A stretch of DNA of 64,000 bases from assembly GCA_964490165.1 (NCBI GenBank), contig CAZBAR010000008.1, forward strand, positions 915 through 64,914, read 5' to 3'. The notes beneath the pieces were generated by a model, which was not told where the DNA came from, did not search any database, and was given only the letters and a program-made list of their open reading frames with translations. This document shows, in pieces, positions 8,474-16,169 of this stretch (its first letter is position 1; each line of letters begins with the position of its first letter). Source of the DNA: an uncultured Lachnospiraceae bacterium. GTDB lineage: Bacteria > Bacillota > Clostridia > Oscillospirales > CAG-272. The position numbers and the translations under genes are program-made.

Positions 8474-10178
8474 ATACCTCGCGGTATATACTGCTCTTTT
8501 CCAAAAGCTCTGCGTGAGTACCGACAGACTCTATTCTGCCGTTGTCCATAACAACTATCATATCGGCGTCCTCAACAGAAGATACACGCTGAGCAATAAT
8601 TATCTTTGTAGTTTCGGGAATAAAATCCTTAAAGCCCTTGCGGATAAGCGCATCGGTCCTAGTATCCACCGCACTTGTAGAGTCATCGAGAATAAGTATC
8701 TTAGGCTTTTTCAAAAGCGCTCTTGCAATACAAAGTCTCTGCTTCTGACCGCCGGAAACGTTTGTACCGCCCTGTTCTATGTAGGTGTCATAGCCGTCGG
8801 GGAAGGTCTGTACAAAATCGTCTGCCTGAGCCAGGCGGCAAGCCTCAACTATTTCGTCGTCGGTAGCATTTTCATTACCCCAACGAAGGTTTTCCTTTAT
8901 CGTGCCGGAAAACAGAAGGTTTTTCTGAAGCACCATAGCTACCGAGCCACGCAGGGTATCAAGATCATATTCTCTTACATCCTTACCGCCGACACGAACC
9001 GTACCCTCGGTAGTGTCGTAAAGACGGGGAATAAGCTGAACAAGCGAAGTCTTGCTGGAGCCCGTGCCGCCGATAATTCCCACGGTAGCGCCTGAGGGGA
9101 TATGCAGGTCTACATTTTCAAGCGAATAGCGCTCCGCCTTTTTGGAATACTTAAAGCTGATGCCGTCAAAGTCGACAGAGCCGTCATCAACTGCGAAAAC
9201 AGCATTTTCCGGACTGGAAAGGCTGCTCTCCTCATCAAGCACCTCAGCAATACGCTTTATAGACTCTGATGACATAGTGAGCATAACGTATATCATAGAC
9301 AGCATCATAAGCTGCATAAGCACCTGCATACCGTATGTTATCATTGCAGTGACTTCGCCGACATTTATGTTCACACCGCCGTCTGTTATTATAAGGCGGC
9401 TGCCCACAAGCAAAACAAACGCCATATTAAAATACAGGCAAAGCTGCATTGCAGGTGAGTTAAGCGCAACTATACGCTCAGCCTTTGTAAAGTCGTCGCG
9501 AATGTTCATTGACGCCTTGCCAAACTTTTCCTTCTCGTATTCTTCTCTTGAAAAACCCTTTACAACACGCATAGCTCTTACGTTTTCTTCAATAGACTCG
9601 TTGAGCTTATCGTATTTCTTGAACACTCTGCGGAACGCGGGCATTGCGTTACGCGCAATAAGAAGAAGCGCCACAATAAGAAAAGGTATTACTATTATAA
9701 ATGTAGCGGCAAGCGAACCGCCCATTATAAATGACATTATCACGGCAAATATCAGCATAAGGGGCGCGCGCACTGCCGTGCGTATAGTCATAAGATACGC
9801 CTGCTGAACATTGGTGATATCGGTCGTCATTCTCGTTACAAGAGATGACGAAGAGAACTTGTCAATATTCTCAAAGGAATAAGTCTGCACACGATGGAAA
9901 ATATCGTGTCTCAGATTTCTCGCAAAGCCTGCCGACGCCTTAGCACTGGTAAAGCCGGCAATACCTCCGCAACACAGAGATATTATCGCCATAACGATAA
10001 GCAGCGCGCCTGTTTTTACAATGGTAGGCATATCTGTGCCCGCCTGTACCTTGTTTACAAGCTCCGCTGTCATAAACGGTATCAGACATTCAATTATGAC
10101 CTCAAATACTATGAACATAAATGTAAGTATTGTAGGCGTTTTGAACTCTCTGATGCTTTTAGTTAATTTTCTAAGCAT
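8436..10178 (-). CDS. ABC exporter, fused permease/ATPase (first subunit)
   Basis: TMD followed by an NBD: Walker A GGTGSSKTS, signature VSGGQKQR, Walker B ILILDDSTSAVD. The second ATG (10178) has a GGAGA 6 nt upstream, whereas the track start is 10190. Confidence 0.88.
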   Translation of the reverse strand: MLRKLTKSIREFKTPTILTFMFIVFEVIIECLIPFMTAELVNKVQAGTDMPTIVKTGALLIVMAIISLCCGGIAGFTSAKASAGFARNLRHDIFHRVQTYSFENIDKFSSSSLVTRMTTDITNVQQAYLMTIRTAVRAPLMLIFAVIMSFIMGGSLAATFIIVIPFLIVALLLIARNAMPAFRRVFKKYDKLNESIEENVRAMRVVKGFSREEYEKEKFGKASMNIRDDFTKAERIVALNSPAMQLCLYFNMAFVLLVGSRLIITDGGVNINVGEVTAMITYGMQVLMQLMMLSMIYVMLTMSSESIKRIAEVLDEESSLSSPENAVFAVDDGSVDFDGISFKYSKKAERYSLENVDLHIPSGATVGIIGGTGSSKTSLVQLIPRLYDTTEGTVRVGGKDVREYDLDTLRGSVAMVLQKNLLFSGTIKENLRWGNENATDDEIVEACRLAQADDFVQTFPDGYDTYIEQGGTNVSGGQKQRLCIARALLKKPKILILDDSTSAVDTRTDALIRKGFKDFIPETTKIIIAQRVSSVEDADMIVVMDNGRIESVGTHAELLEKSSIYREVYEQQTKGGADSE

Positions 10179-10376
10179 AAAAATCTCCATTCTGCCGCAC
10201 TAGATCGCTTATCGATTTAGTGCTCAGTTCAAAATAGTCATGAAATTCTCCCGTGTTTCCTGTTTCCGAAGGAAACAAAATGGCGGTACCCCTCTCAGGA
10301 AGAATATTTGGCGTGAAGTAAATTGTATATAAAGTCCGTTTTTCCGGTTCAATGCAATTTTCACGCTGATCTCCTT

Positions 10377-10760
10377 TCAGGGTAAATAGCGGCGAATGTT
10401 GTCTTTCATCTTACTGCAAAGCCTGAAAAACTCCTCGATCTCGCCTTCATCAAAGCCATCGGTAAGAACAGCCTCAGTAGCATCAAAATTTGTATGCATC
10501 ATTTGCACATAGCTGTTTCCGCGCTCGGTAAGCACCAATCGCTTAAGCCTTGCATCGCCGCTGACGCTGACGCGCTCAATAAGCTCCTTTTGCTCCATAA
10601 GCGACAGAACTCTTGACGCAGTGGAGCGCGTGATGCAAAACTCATTTTCAATATCACGCTGGCAGATCTCGCGGTCGCGGTTCTTTTCAATAAAGCCGAT
10701 GATCCGTCCGTTATACGGTGTGACTCCTTCAAAGCTCTCCATATCCCGTCCTGCGTCCAA
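10377..10760 (-). CDS. MarR-family transcriptional regulator (true start probably upstream, see findings)
   Basis: Winged-helix core QRDIENEFCITRSTASRVLSLMEQKELIERVSVSGDARLKRLVLTERG. It sits directly upstream of the ABC exporter pair on the same strand. Confidence 0.8.
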   Translation of the reverse strand: MDAGRDMESFEGVTPYNGRIIGFIEKNRDREICQRDIENEFCITRSTASRVLSLMEQKELIERVSVSGDARLKRLVLTERGNSYVQMMHTNFDATEAVLTDGFDEGEIEEFFRLCSKMKDNIRRYLP

Positions 10761-10981
10761 AAGTCTGCCTATAAGATTATCCAGCGTGTGGACTTCTTTG
10801 GCAACAGCCCGTTTTTTATGACAATTGTTAGATTCTTTGATATGTAACGCTCCTCTCCGTCATGAAATGTAGTAGATAGAACTGTTTTACATACAACATT
10901 ATATTCATTTTTTCCCCAATGTCAACACATTTAGGGAATTTAATAATTAGTTTACATTTTTAACAAATCGGTATTTGACTA

Positions 10982-11010
10982 TTGCAAAAAATAAAATGAT
11001 GTGGTAGAAT
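10982..11010 (+). promoter_or_regulatory. Candidate sigma-A promoter of nrdR
   Basis: TTGCAA-17 nt-(TGg)TAGAAT. Confidence 0.5.
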
Positions 11011-11054
11011 TAGGGAAGATAATTGCTTTATTTCGATATACGGAGGTAATATAT

Positions 11055-11495
11055 ATGAAATGTCCTTCCTGCGGATCTGATGATATCAAGGTAGTCGATT
11101 CCCGCCCTGTTGAAGAAAACAATTCCATACGCCGCCGCAGAGAGTGCCTTGCGTGCCATAACCGCTTTACCACCTATGAGGTGATCGACGCATTTCAGCC
11201 TGTAGTTATAAAAAAAGACGGCTCAAAGGAGCTGTTTGACAAAAACAAGGTGCTGTCCGGTCTTATGAAGGCGTGCCAGAAGCGCCCTGTAAATGCAGAG
11301 ACGCTGGCAGCGGAGATAGAATCGGAGATCCAGAATTCGCTGAAGCGCGAGATAACCTCGTCTGAGATAGGCGATATGGCAATGGAAAAGCTGAAGGAGC
11401 GCGATGCCGTCGCATACGTTCGTTTCGCATCCGTGCACAGAGAGTTCAAGGATGTTGAGACCTTTATGAAAGAGCTGCAAAACTTAAAAGACTGA
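11055..11495 (+). CDS. nrdR: Transcriptional repressor NrdR
   Basis: MKCPSCGSDDIKVVDSRPVEENNSIRRRRECLACHNRFTTYE (zinc ribbon) followed by an ATP-cone. GGAGG lies 8 nt upstream of ATG 11055. Confidence 0.93.
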   Translation: MKCPSCGSDDIKVVDSRPVEENNSIRRRRECLACHNRFTTYEVIDAFQPVVIKKDGSKELFDKNKVLSGLMKACQKRPVNAETLAAEIESEIQNSLKREITSSEIGDMAMEKLKERDAVAYVRFASVHREFKDVETFMKELQNLKD

Positions 11496-11510
11496 GCCTG
11501 AAAAATTTAA

Positions 11511-11545
11511 GCTCTCAGCCGGTACCGGCTGAGAGCTTTCTATTT
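11511..11545 (+). terminator. Intrinsic terminator of nrdR
   Basis: GCTCTCAGCCGG-TA-CCGGCTGAGAGC followed by TTTCTATTT. Confidence 0.8.
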
Positions 11546-11571
11546 GTTGAAAAACTAATTTGCTGTAGAAA

Positions 11572-11689
11572 AATAACTAAAAGTTTTGGTCAAACTTTTT
11601 GGGGGGAGCTTGCGTGATTTTCCGACTTCCTGTCAATGACAGGAAGTCGATCAGAGCCTTAAATCGCGCTCCGCAGAGCGCGGAATCCC
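11572..11689. repeat. Intergenic hairpin-repeat element, family 1 (copy B)
   Basis: AATAACTAAAAGTTTTGGTCAA..TTTGGGGGGAGCTTG followed by hairpins CGACTTCCTGTCAATGACAGGAAGTCG and CGCGCTCCGCAGAGCGCG. It is collinear with the reverse complements of copies D and E. Confidence 0.75.
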
Positions 11690-12286
11690 TTATTTATCAG
11701 GTGAAATGTGGCTCCAGTATGACTTTATGTAATCTACGCCCGACCACACTGTCATAATTATCATAAGCGCTATAGTTATATAGGAAAGTATATGCCACTG
11801 ACCGAAGGGCTTGAACCAGAAAAACAGAACAGGCTCCAGCAGCACCGTGCAAATGCACACGATCTGCGTCACTGTTTTTATCTTACCCAGAGAGCTTGCC
11901 GCAATAACGATGCCGTCGCTTCCGCAGGCGACAAGACGAATGGACGTTACAGCCAGCTCGCGGAACATTACCAAAGCAGCAGCCCATATAAACACAGGAC
12001 GGATATCCTCATACAGATAAATTATGGAAAGCATTGCGCCGAATACCATAAATTTATCGGCGAGAGGATCCATAAACTTGCCGAAATTCGTTATAAGATT
12101 ATATTTGCGGGCGATCTTGCCGTCCAGCATATCCGTAAGACTGGTAATGATGAACACCGCCGCGGCGATAATGCGCTGAAGCATATCTCCCATCACAGTA
12201 TCGGGGAAAATAGGCGCTATCATTATTATCATAAATACAGGAACTAAAAACACTCTTAAAATAGTAAGCTTGTTCGGTAAATTCAT
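11690..12286 (-). CDS. pgsA: CDP-diacylglycerol--glycerol-3-phosphate 3-phosphatidyltransferase
   Basis: MNLPNKLTILRVFLVP... with the CDP-alcohol phosphatidyltransferase motif DMLDGKIARKYNLITNFGKFMDPLADK. Confidence 0.88.
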   Translation of the reverse strand: MNLPNKLTILRVFLVPVFMIIMIAPIFPDTVMGDMLQRIIAAAVFIITSLTDMLDGKIARKYNLITNFGKFMDPLADKFMVFGAMLSIIYLYEDIRPVFIWAAALVMFRELAVTSIRLVACGSDGIVIAASSLGKIKTVTQIVCICTVLLEPVLFFWFKPFGQWHILSYITIALMIIMTVWSGVDYIKSYWSHISPDK

Positions 12287-12421
12287 AACACTCCGATTTG
12301 AGACAAGTCTCAACGGTAAGCAGATGTGAATTTGCGCACGCGCATTCTGCTGCCGAAATTGCTACCTTATATTGTATATGAAAACAATAAATATGTCAAT
12401 ATATAATTTGTGAACACGAAG

Positions 12422-13708
12422 CTACAGCACTCTTACAGCGCCGCCGCGGCGCACATTAAGCACATGACACGCACCTTTTTTGAAAAATCTTTCTATATAT
12501 TCTTTATATTCCTTCACCTTTTCGCGAGGCACGAACGCCTGAATGGTTCCGGCAAAGCCGCCGCCGTGAACGCGCCATGCGGCATTACTGCCGCCGAGAA
12601 AGCTCTCGGTCAGGCAAAGCGCCAGAGACAGTCCCTGCTCGCGCACATTCTTTACGGTGTACACATTCTGCAAATAGCAAAAGCTTGAAATACCCGACGC
12701 GCGAACACCGTCAAAAAACACACCTATATCGCCGTTGTCAAGAGCCATGCGCATTTTGTCCACTCTTTTGTTTTCCGCAAAAAAGTGCATAGCGCGAAGC
12801 AGGGCGCGGTCGCCCTCTACGGCGCGTATCGTTTCAGCCTTTTCAAGCACCTCATCCTCTGTGCATTCTCTCAGCACCTTCTTGCCGAGAAGCGCTGCCA
12901 CTGCCTTCATCTCGGAGGGAACAGATGCGTAATCCTCATTCAGGTCAGCGTGGTTTCCTCCGGTATCTACGATGCAAAGAGCATATCCTGCCTCTGCAAG
13001 GTCAAAGTCCGGCTTTGATATTACGGGATCTGCGGGGTCTTCAAAATCGATCTCAATAAAGCCGCCCACAGCGCACGCCGTCTGATCCATAAGTCCGCAG
13101 GGCTTGCCGAAATACACGTTTTCTGCAAACTGCGCCATTTTTGCGATCTCCACGTTGGAAACGGCACCGTCATTGTACAAGTGATTGATAATATTGCCGA
13201 TCATAACCTCAAATGCAGCAGATGAGGAAAGTCCCGAGCCCTTGAAGACATTGGACGTCGTATACGCAACAAAACCGCCGACATTCAGGCCTCTGTCGCA
13301 AAACGCCCTCTCCATACCGGCAATTATTGAAGCCGAGGTGAAATATTTGTCCTCGTCCGGCTCTGCAAAACCGTCTGCATCCACGGTGTCAGCCGCAAAG
13401 CCCTCGCTTTTAACCTTCACCGTACCATCATCTGTAGGGGATGCAACAGCAATTATATCAAGGTCAATAGCGGCGCACATTACCTTGCCGCAGTTGTGGT
13501 CGGTATGGTTGCCCGCCACCTCGCTTCTGCCGCCCACAGAGAAAAGCATTGCTTCTCTGTTGCCGAAAAGATCTATAAAGCTTTTTACGGCTTCGCCCGC
13601 ACGGCTTCTGTATGCAGCCAGTCCTTCGGGCGCTATAGAGCACAGCGAGCTGATAGTGTCATCTGCCATACCAAGCATTATTTTATCGTAAAGTTCAGTT
13701 GCTTTCAT
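12422..13708 (-). CDS. galK: Galactokinase-family GHMP kinase
   Basis: A galactokinase-like signature GGRSEVAGNHTDHNCG and the GHMP ATP motif GSGLSSSAAFEV. Length is 428 aa. Confidence 0.75.
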   Translation of the reverse strand: MKATELYDKIMLGMADDTISSLCSIAPEGLAAYRSRAGEAVKSFIDLFGNREAMLFSVGGRSEVAGNHTDHNCGKVMCAAIDLDIIAVASPTDDGTVKVKSEGFAADTVDADGFAEPDEDKYFTSASIIAGMERAFCDRGLNVGGFVAYTTSNVFKGSGLSSSAAFEVMIGNIINHLYNDGAVSNVEIAKMAQFAENVYFGKPCGLMDQTACAVGGFIEIDFEDPADPVISKPDFDLAEAGYALCIVDTGGNHADLNEDYASVPSEMKAVAALLGKKVLRECTEDEVLEKAETIRAVEGDRALLRAMHFFAENKRVDKMRMALDNGDIGVFFDGVRASGISSFCYLQNVYTVKNVREQGLSLALCLTESFLGGSNAAWRVHGGGFAGTIQAFVPREKVKEYKEYIERFFKKGACHVLNVRRGGAVRVL

Positions 13709-13726
13709 ACTGATGATCTGCCTTTC

Positions 13727-14509
13727 TCAGAATATTAGTCCTTCAGCGCTTACACATTTCCCGCTGTCGGTATCAACGGTGAACAGTGCTCCGTGAGCAG
13801 CTGCCTCACCCGACGCGTGCTCAAAAAATATAGGAGTACGCTTTATAAACTTGTGTATGGCGTTCTCACTTTTTACGCCCAGCACGCCCTCTGTTGGCCC
13901 TGTCATACCGAGGTCGGTAATATAACCTGTGCCGCCGGGCAGCACGCACGCATCTGAAGTCTGAACGTGCGTATGAGTGCCGAAAACAGCGCTTACCCTG
14001 CCGTCAAGATATCTGGCAAGGCACATTTTTTCACTTGTCGCCTCAGCGTGGATATCTACAACTGCAAAATCGTATTTGCCTTTCATATCTGCAAGTATCT
14101 TGTCCGCTGCCTTAAACGGGCTGTCCAGCGGATCCATAAAGGTAGTGCCCAAAAGGTTTATTACAAGCAGACGCCAGCCGCAGCAGTCTACAACGGTATA
14201 TCCGTCGCCCGCAGCATCAGAGGGATAATTGGCAGGACGTATACAATTGGGGTGGCTGTCCAGATAGCTGTAGGTGTGATACCTTTTTAAGGTATGGTTG
14301 CCGCCGGTGATAACATCCGCTCCAGCTTCAAATATCGCCTCTGCGCTGTCGGGGGTGATACAATTTGTCTTTGATGAATTCTCTCCGTTGGCAATTATCA
14401 CATCAGCCCCCAGGCTTGACGCCATACGGCGCAGCCTGCCGCCGGAAAGATATTCAACACCGAGCTCTCCTACAACATCTCCTATTGCCAGTATTTTTAT
14501 TTGCGACAT
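13727..14509 (-). CDS. ymdB: YmdB-like metallophosphoesterase (TIGR00282-type 2',3'-cyclic-nucleotide phosphodiesterase)
   Basis: MSQIKILAIGDVVG...IANGENSS...GGNH...VDIHAEATSEK...GTHTHVQT, the calcineurin-like motif series typical of YmdB. Confidence 0.8.
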   Translation of the reverse strand: MSQIKILAIGDVVGELGVEYLSGGRLRRMASSLGADVIIANGENSSKTNCITPDSAEAIFEAGADVITGGNHTLKRYHTYSYLDSHPNCIRPANYPSDAAGDGYTVVDCCGWRLLVINLLGTTFMDPLDSPFKAADKILADMKGKYDFAVVDIHAEATSEKMCLARYLDGRVSAVFGTHTHVQTSDACVLPGGTGYITDLGMTGPTEGVLGVKSENAIHKFIKRTPIFFEHASGEAAAHGALFTVDTDSGKCVSAEGLIF

Positions 14510-14540
14510 AAGGATCCACCGCCTTTTTAAGATTTACCAT

Positions 14541-14578
14541 AGAAAAACGGGCAAGCCCTGACGGTATATGCCCGTTTT
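14541..14578 (-). terminator. Intrinsic terminator after the MGS-like gene
   Basis: Minus strand AAAACGGGCA..TGCCCGTTTTTCT. Confidence 0.65.
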
Positions 14579-14601
14579 GATCTCACGCACGGAAAATACG
14601 A

Positions 14602-15036
14602 TCAGCCGCGCGCTCTTTTCTTTCTGTTATATTCCGATGCGGGATTTACGATCTCTCTCCAATCAAGGTCTCCGCGATCCAGCGCGCAAACAAGAGCCTC
14701 CGCCGTTGCAATATTTGTGGCAATGGGAACATTCTGATTGTCGCACATACGAAGCAGATTGCTGTGCTCATCGCTGTTAATATGATTTGCATCGGAATTG
14801 CCGAAATACAAGACCACGTCGATCTCGTTATATGAAACTCTTGAGCATATCTGCTGAACGCCGCCGTGGCTGCCGGGCAGCATCTTTTCGATCTTCAATC
14901 CGGTTGCGTCTGAAATATACTTTCCCGTAATACTTGTGGAGCAAATATTATGCTTTGAAAGTATTCCGCAATAGGCGATGCAGAACTGTGTCATAAGCTC
15001 CTTTTTTGAGTCGTCAGCAATTATTGCTATTTCCAT
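14602..15036 (-). CDS. Methylglyoxal synthase-like (MGS fold) protein with substituted catalytic positions
   Basis: It aligns by eye with MgsA (IAIIADDSKKE / STSITG / PGSHGGVQQ / VPIATNIATAE). However, the residues at the E. coli His19 and Asp71 positions are Asp and Val. Confidence 0.7.
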   Translation of the reverse strand: MEIAIIADDSKKELMTQFCIAYCGILSKHNICSTSITGKYISDATGLKIEKMLPGSHGGVQQICSRVSYNEIDVVLYFGNSDANHINSDEHSNLLRMCDNQNVPIATNIATAEALVCALDRGDLDWREIVNPASEYNRKKRARG

Positions 15037-15057
15037 TTCGATCCCCCTTGACCTTTC

Positions 15058-15864
15058 TTATTTGTAAAATTTATCTCGCATTTTCCGCATTTTCTTCATA
15101 CCCGAAAACAGCGGTATATTTTTCTGCATCAAACGTCCGGCTATGTTTGCAAATGCCGTACCCGACAATCCGTCCCGTCGGCGCGGCATTTTTCGGCTTT
15201 CCTGTGACAGTGCCAGCGAATAATCGTAAGGAACCACACCGCAAAGGGGAAGTCCCGACGTATCTATCATTGAAAAAATTCCTTTTCTGCCGTCGGACAG
15301 GCAAACACCCTGACTGTCAAACGAATTTATCACCAGCCGGATATCCTCAACACCCATGTCCCGGACTCTCTGCGCCGTACCCTCGGCGCTTCTGAGAGAT
15401 ACGGGCGAATGCCCTGCAACGATAAGCGCGCAGTCCGCCGCCTTAGCGGCGACCTCCATACCGAAACTGATTCCCGCGCCTGTGTCTATAACGGCAAAAT
15501 CGCAGCCCAGCTCTTCCATGGCAGTTTTTATGCAACTGGCAGCGCCTGACACATCTGCATATGCTTCAGTATCACAAGACATAGCTGCCGGAGCTGCTAA
15601 GAGATATACTGTACCGCTGCCCCCTCCGCCGAGACGTATAGCTGCCTCGTCTGCGCTGCACCTGTCCTTTATGAGATCGGACACAGTGTACAGCACGGCA
15701 TTTTCCGCGCCTGTAAGCATATCAAGACAGGGACTGCCAAAGTCAAGATCGCAAAGCAGCACTTTACTGCCCATACGGCTGAGCGCGGTTGCAATACCGA
15801 GAGCTACGGTCGATTTACCGATACCGCCCTTAGAGGACGCTATCATAATACAATGTATTGACAT
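15058..15864 (-). CDS. ParA/MinD-family P-loop ATPase
   Basis: Deviant Walker A SSKGGIGKST followed by LLCDLDFG, with a basic C-terminal tail. ATG 15864 lies 5 nt after GGAGG. Confidence 0.8.
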   Translation of the reverse strand: MSIHCIMIASSKGGIGKSTVALGIATALSRMGSKVLLCDLDFGSPCLDMLTGAENAVLYTVSDLIKDRCSADEAAIRLGGGGSGTVYLLAAPAAMSCDTEAYADVSGAASCIKTAMEELGCDFAVIDTGAGISFGMEVAAKAADCALIVAGHSPVSLRSAEGTAQRVRDMGVEDIRLVINSFDSQGVCLSDGRKGIFSMIDTSGLPLCGVVPYDYSLALSQESRKMPRRRDGLSGTAFANIAGRLMQKNIPLFSGMKKMRKMRDKFYK

Positions 15865-16019
15865 AATTCCTCCGGACGGTTTATTTTTTAACTTCAACGG
15901 AAAATCTGACTGACCATACATTCAAATTATACACTCTTTTGAACGTCAAGTCAACAGATGCACAGTTTTTTCAAAAAATTTATGCATTATATTAACAAAT
16001 GCATAAAAAGTATTTCTTA

Positions 16020-16048
16020 TTGACAGCCTTTTAGAAAAGTGTTAGAAT
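16020..16048 (+). promoter_or_regulatory. Candidate sigma-A promoter of the amidase gene
   Basis: TTGACA-17 nt-TAGAAT. Confidence 0.55.
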
Positions 16049-16169
16049 TAGTTGGGTTTGTCGAAAAATCTGACGCGTTTTGCAGTTCAAAAAATCGATG
16101 ATCTGCCCGAAATTGCGATTTATTAAACATTATATACAGATATTTTATAACCTGGAAACGGAGATTTGT

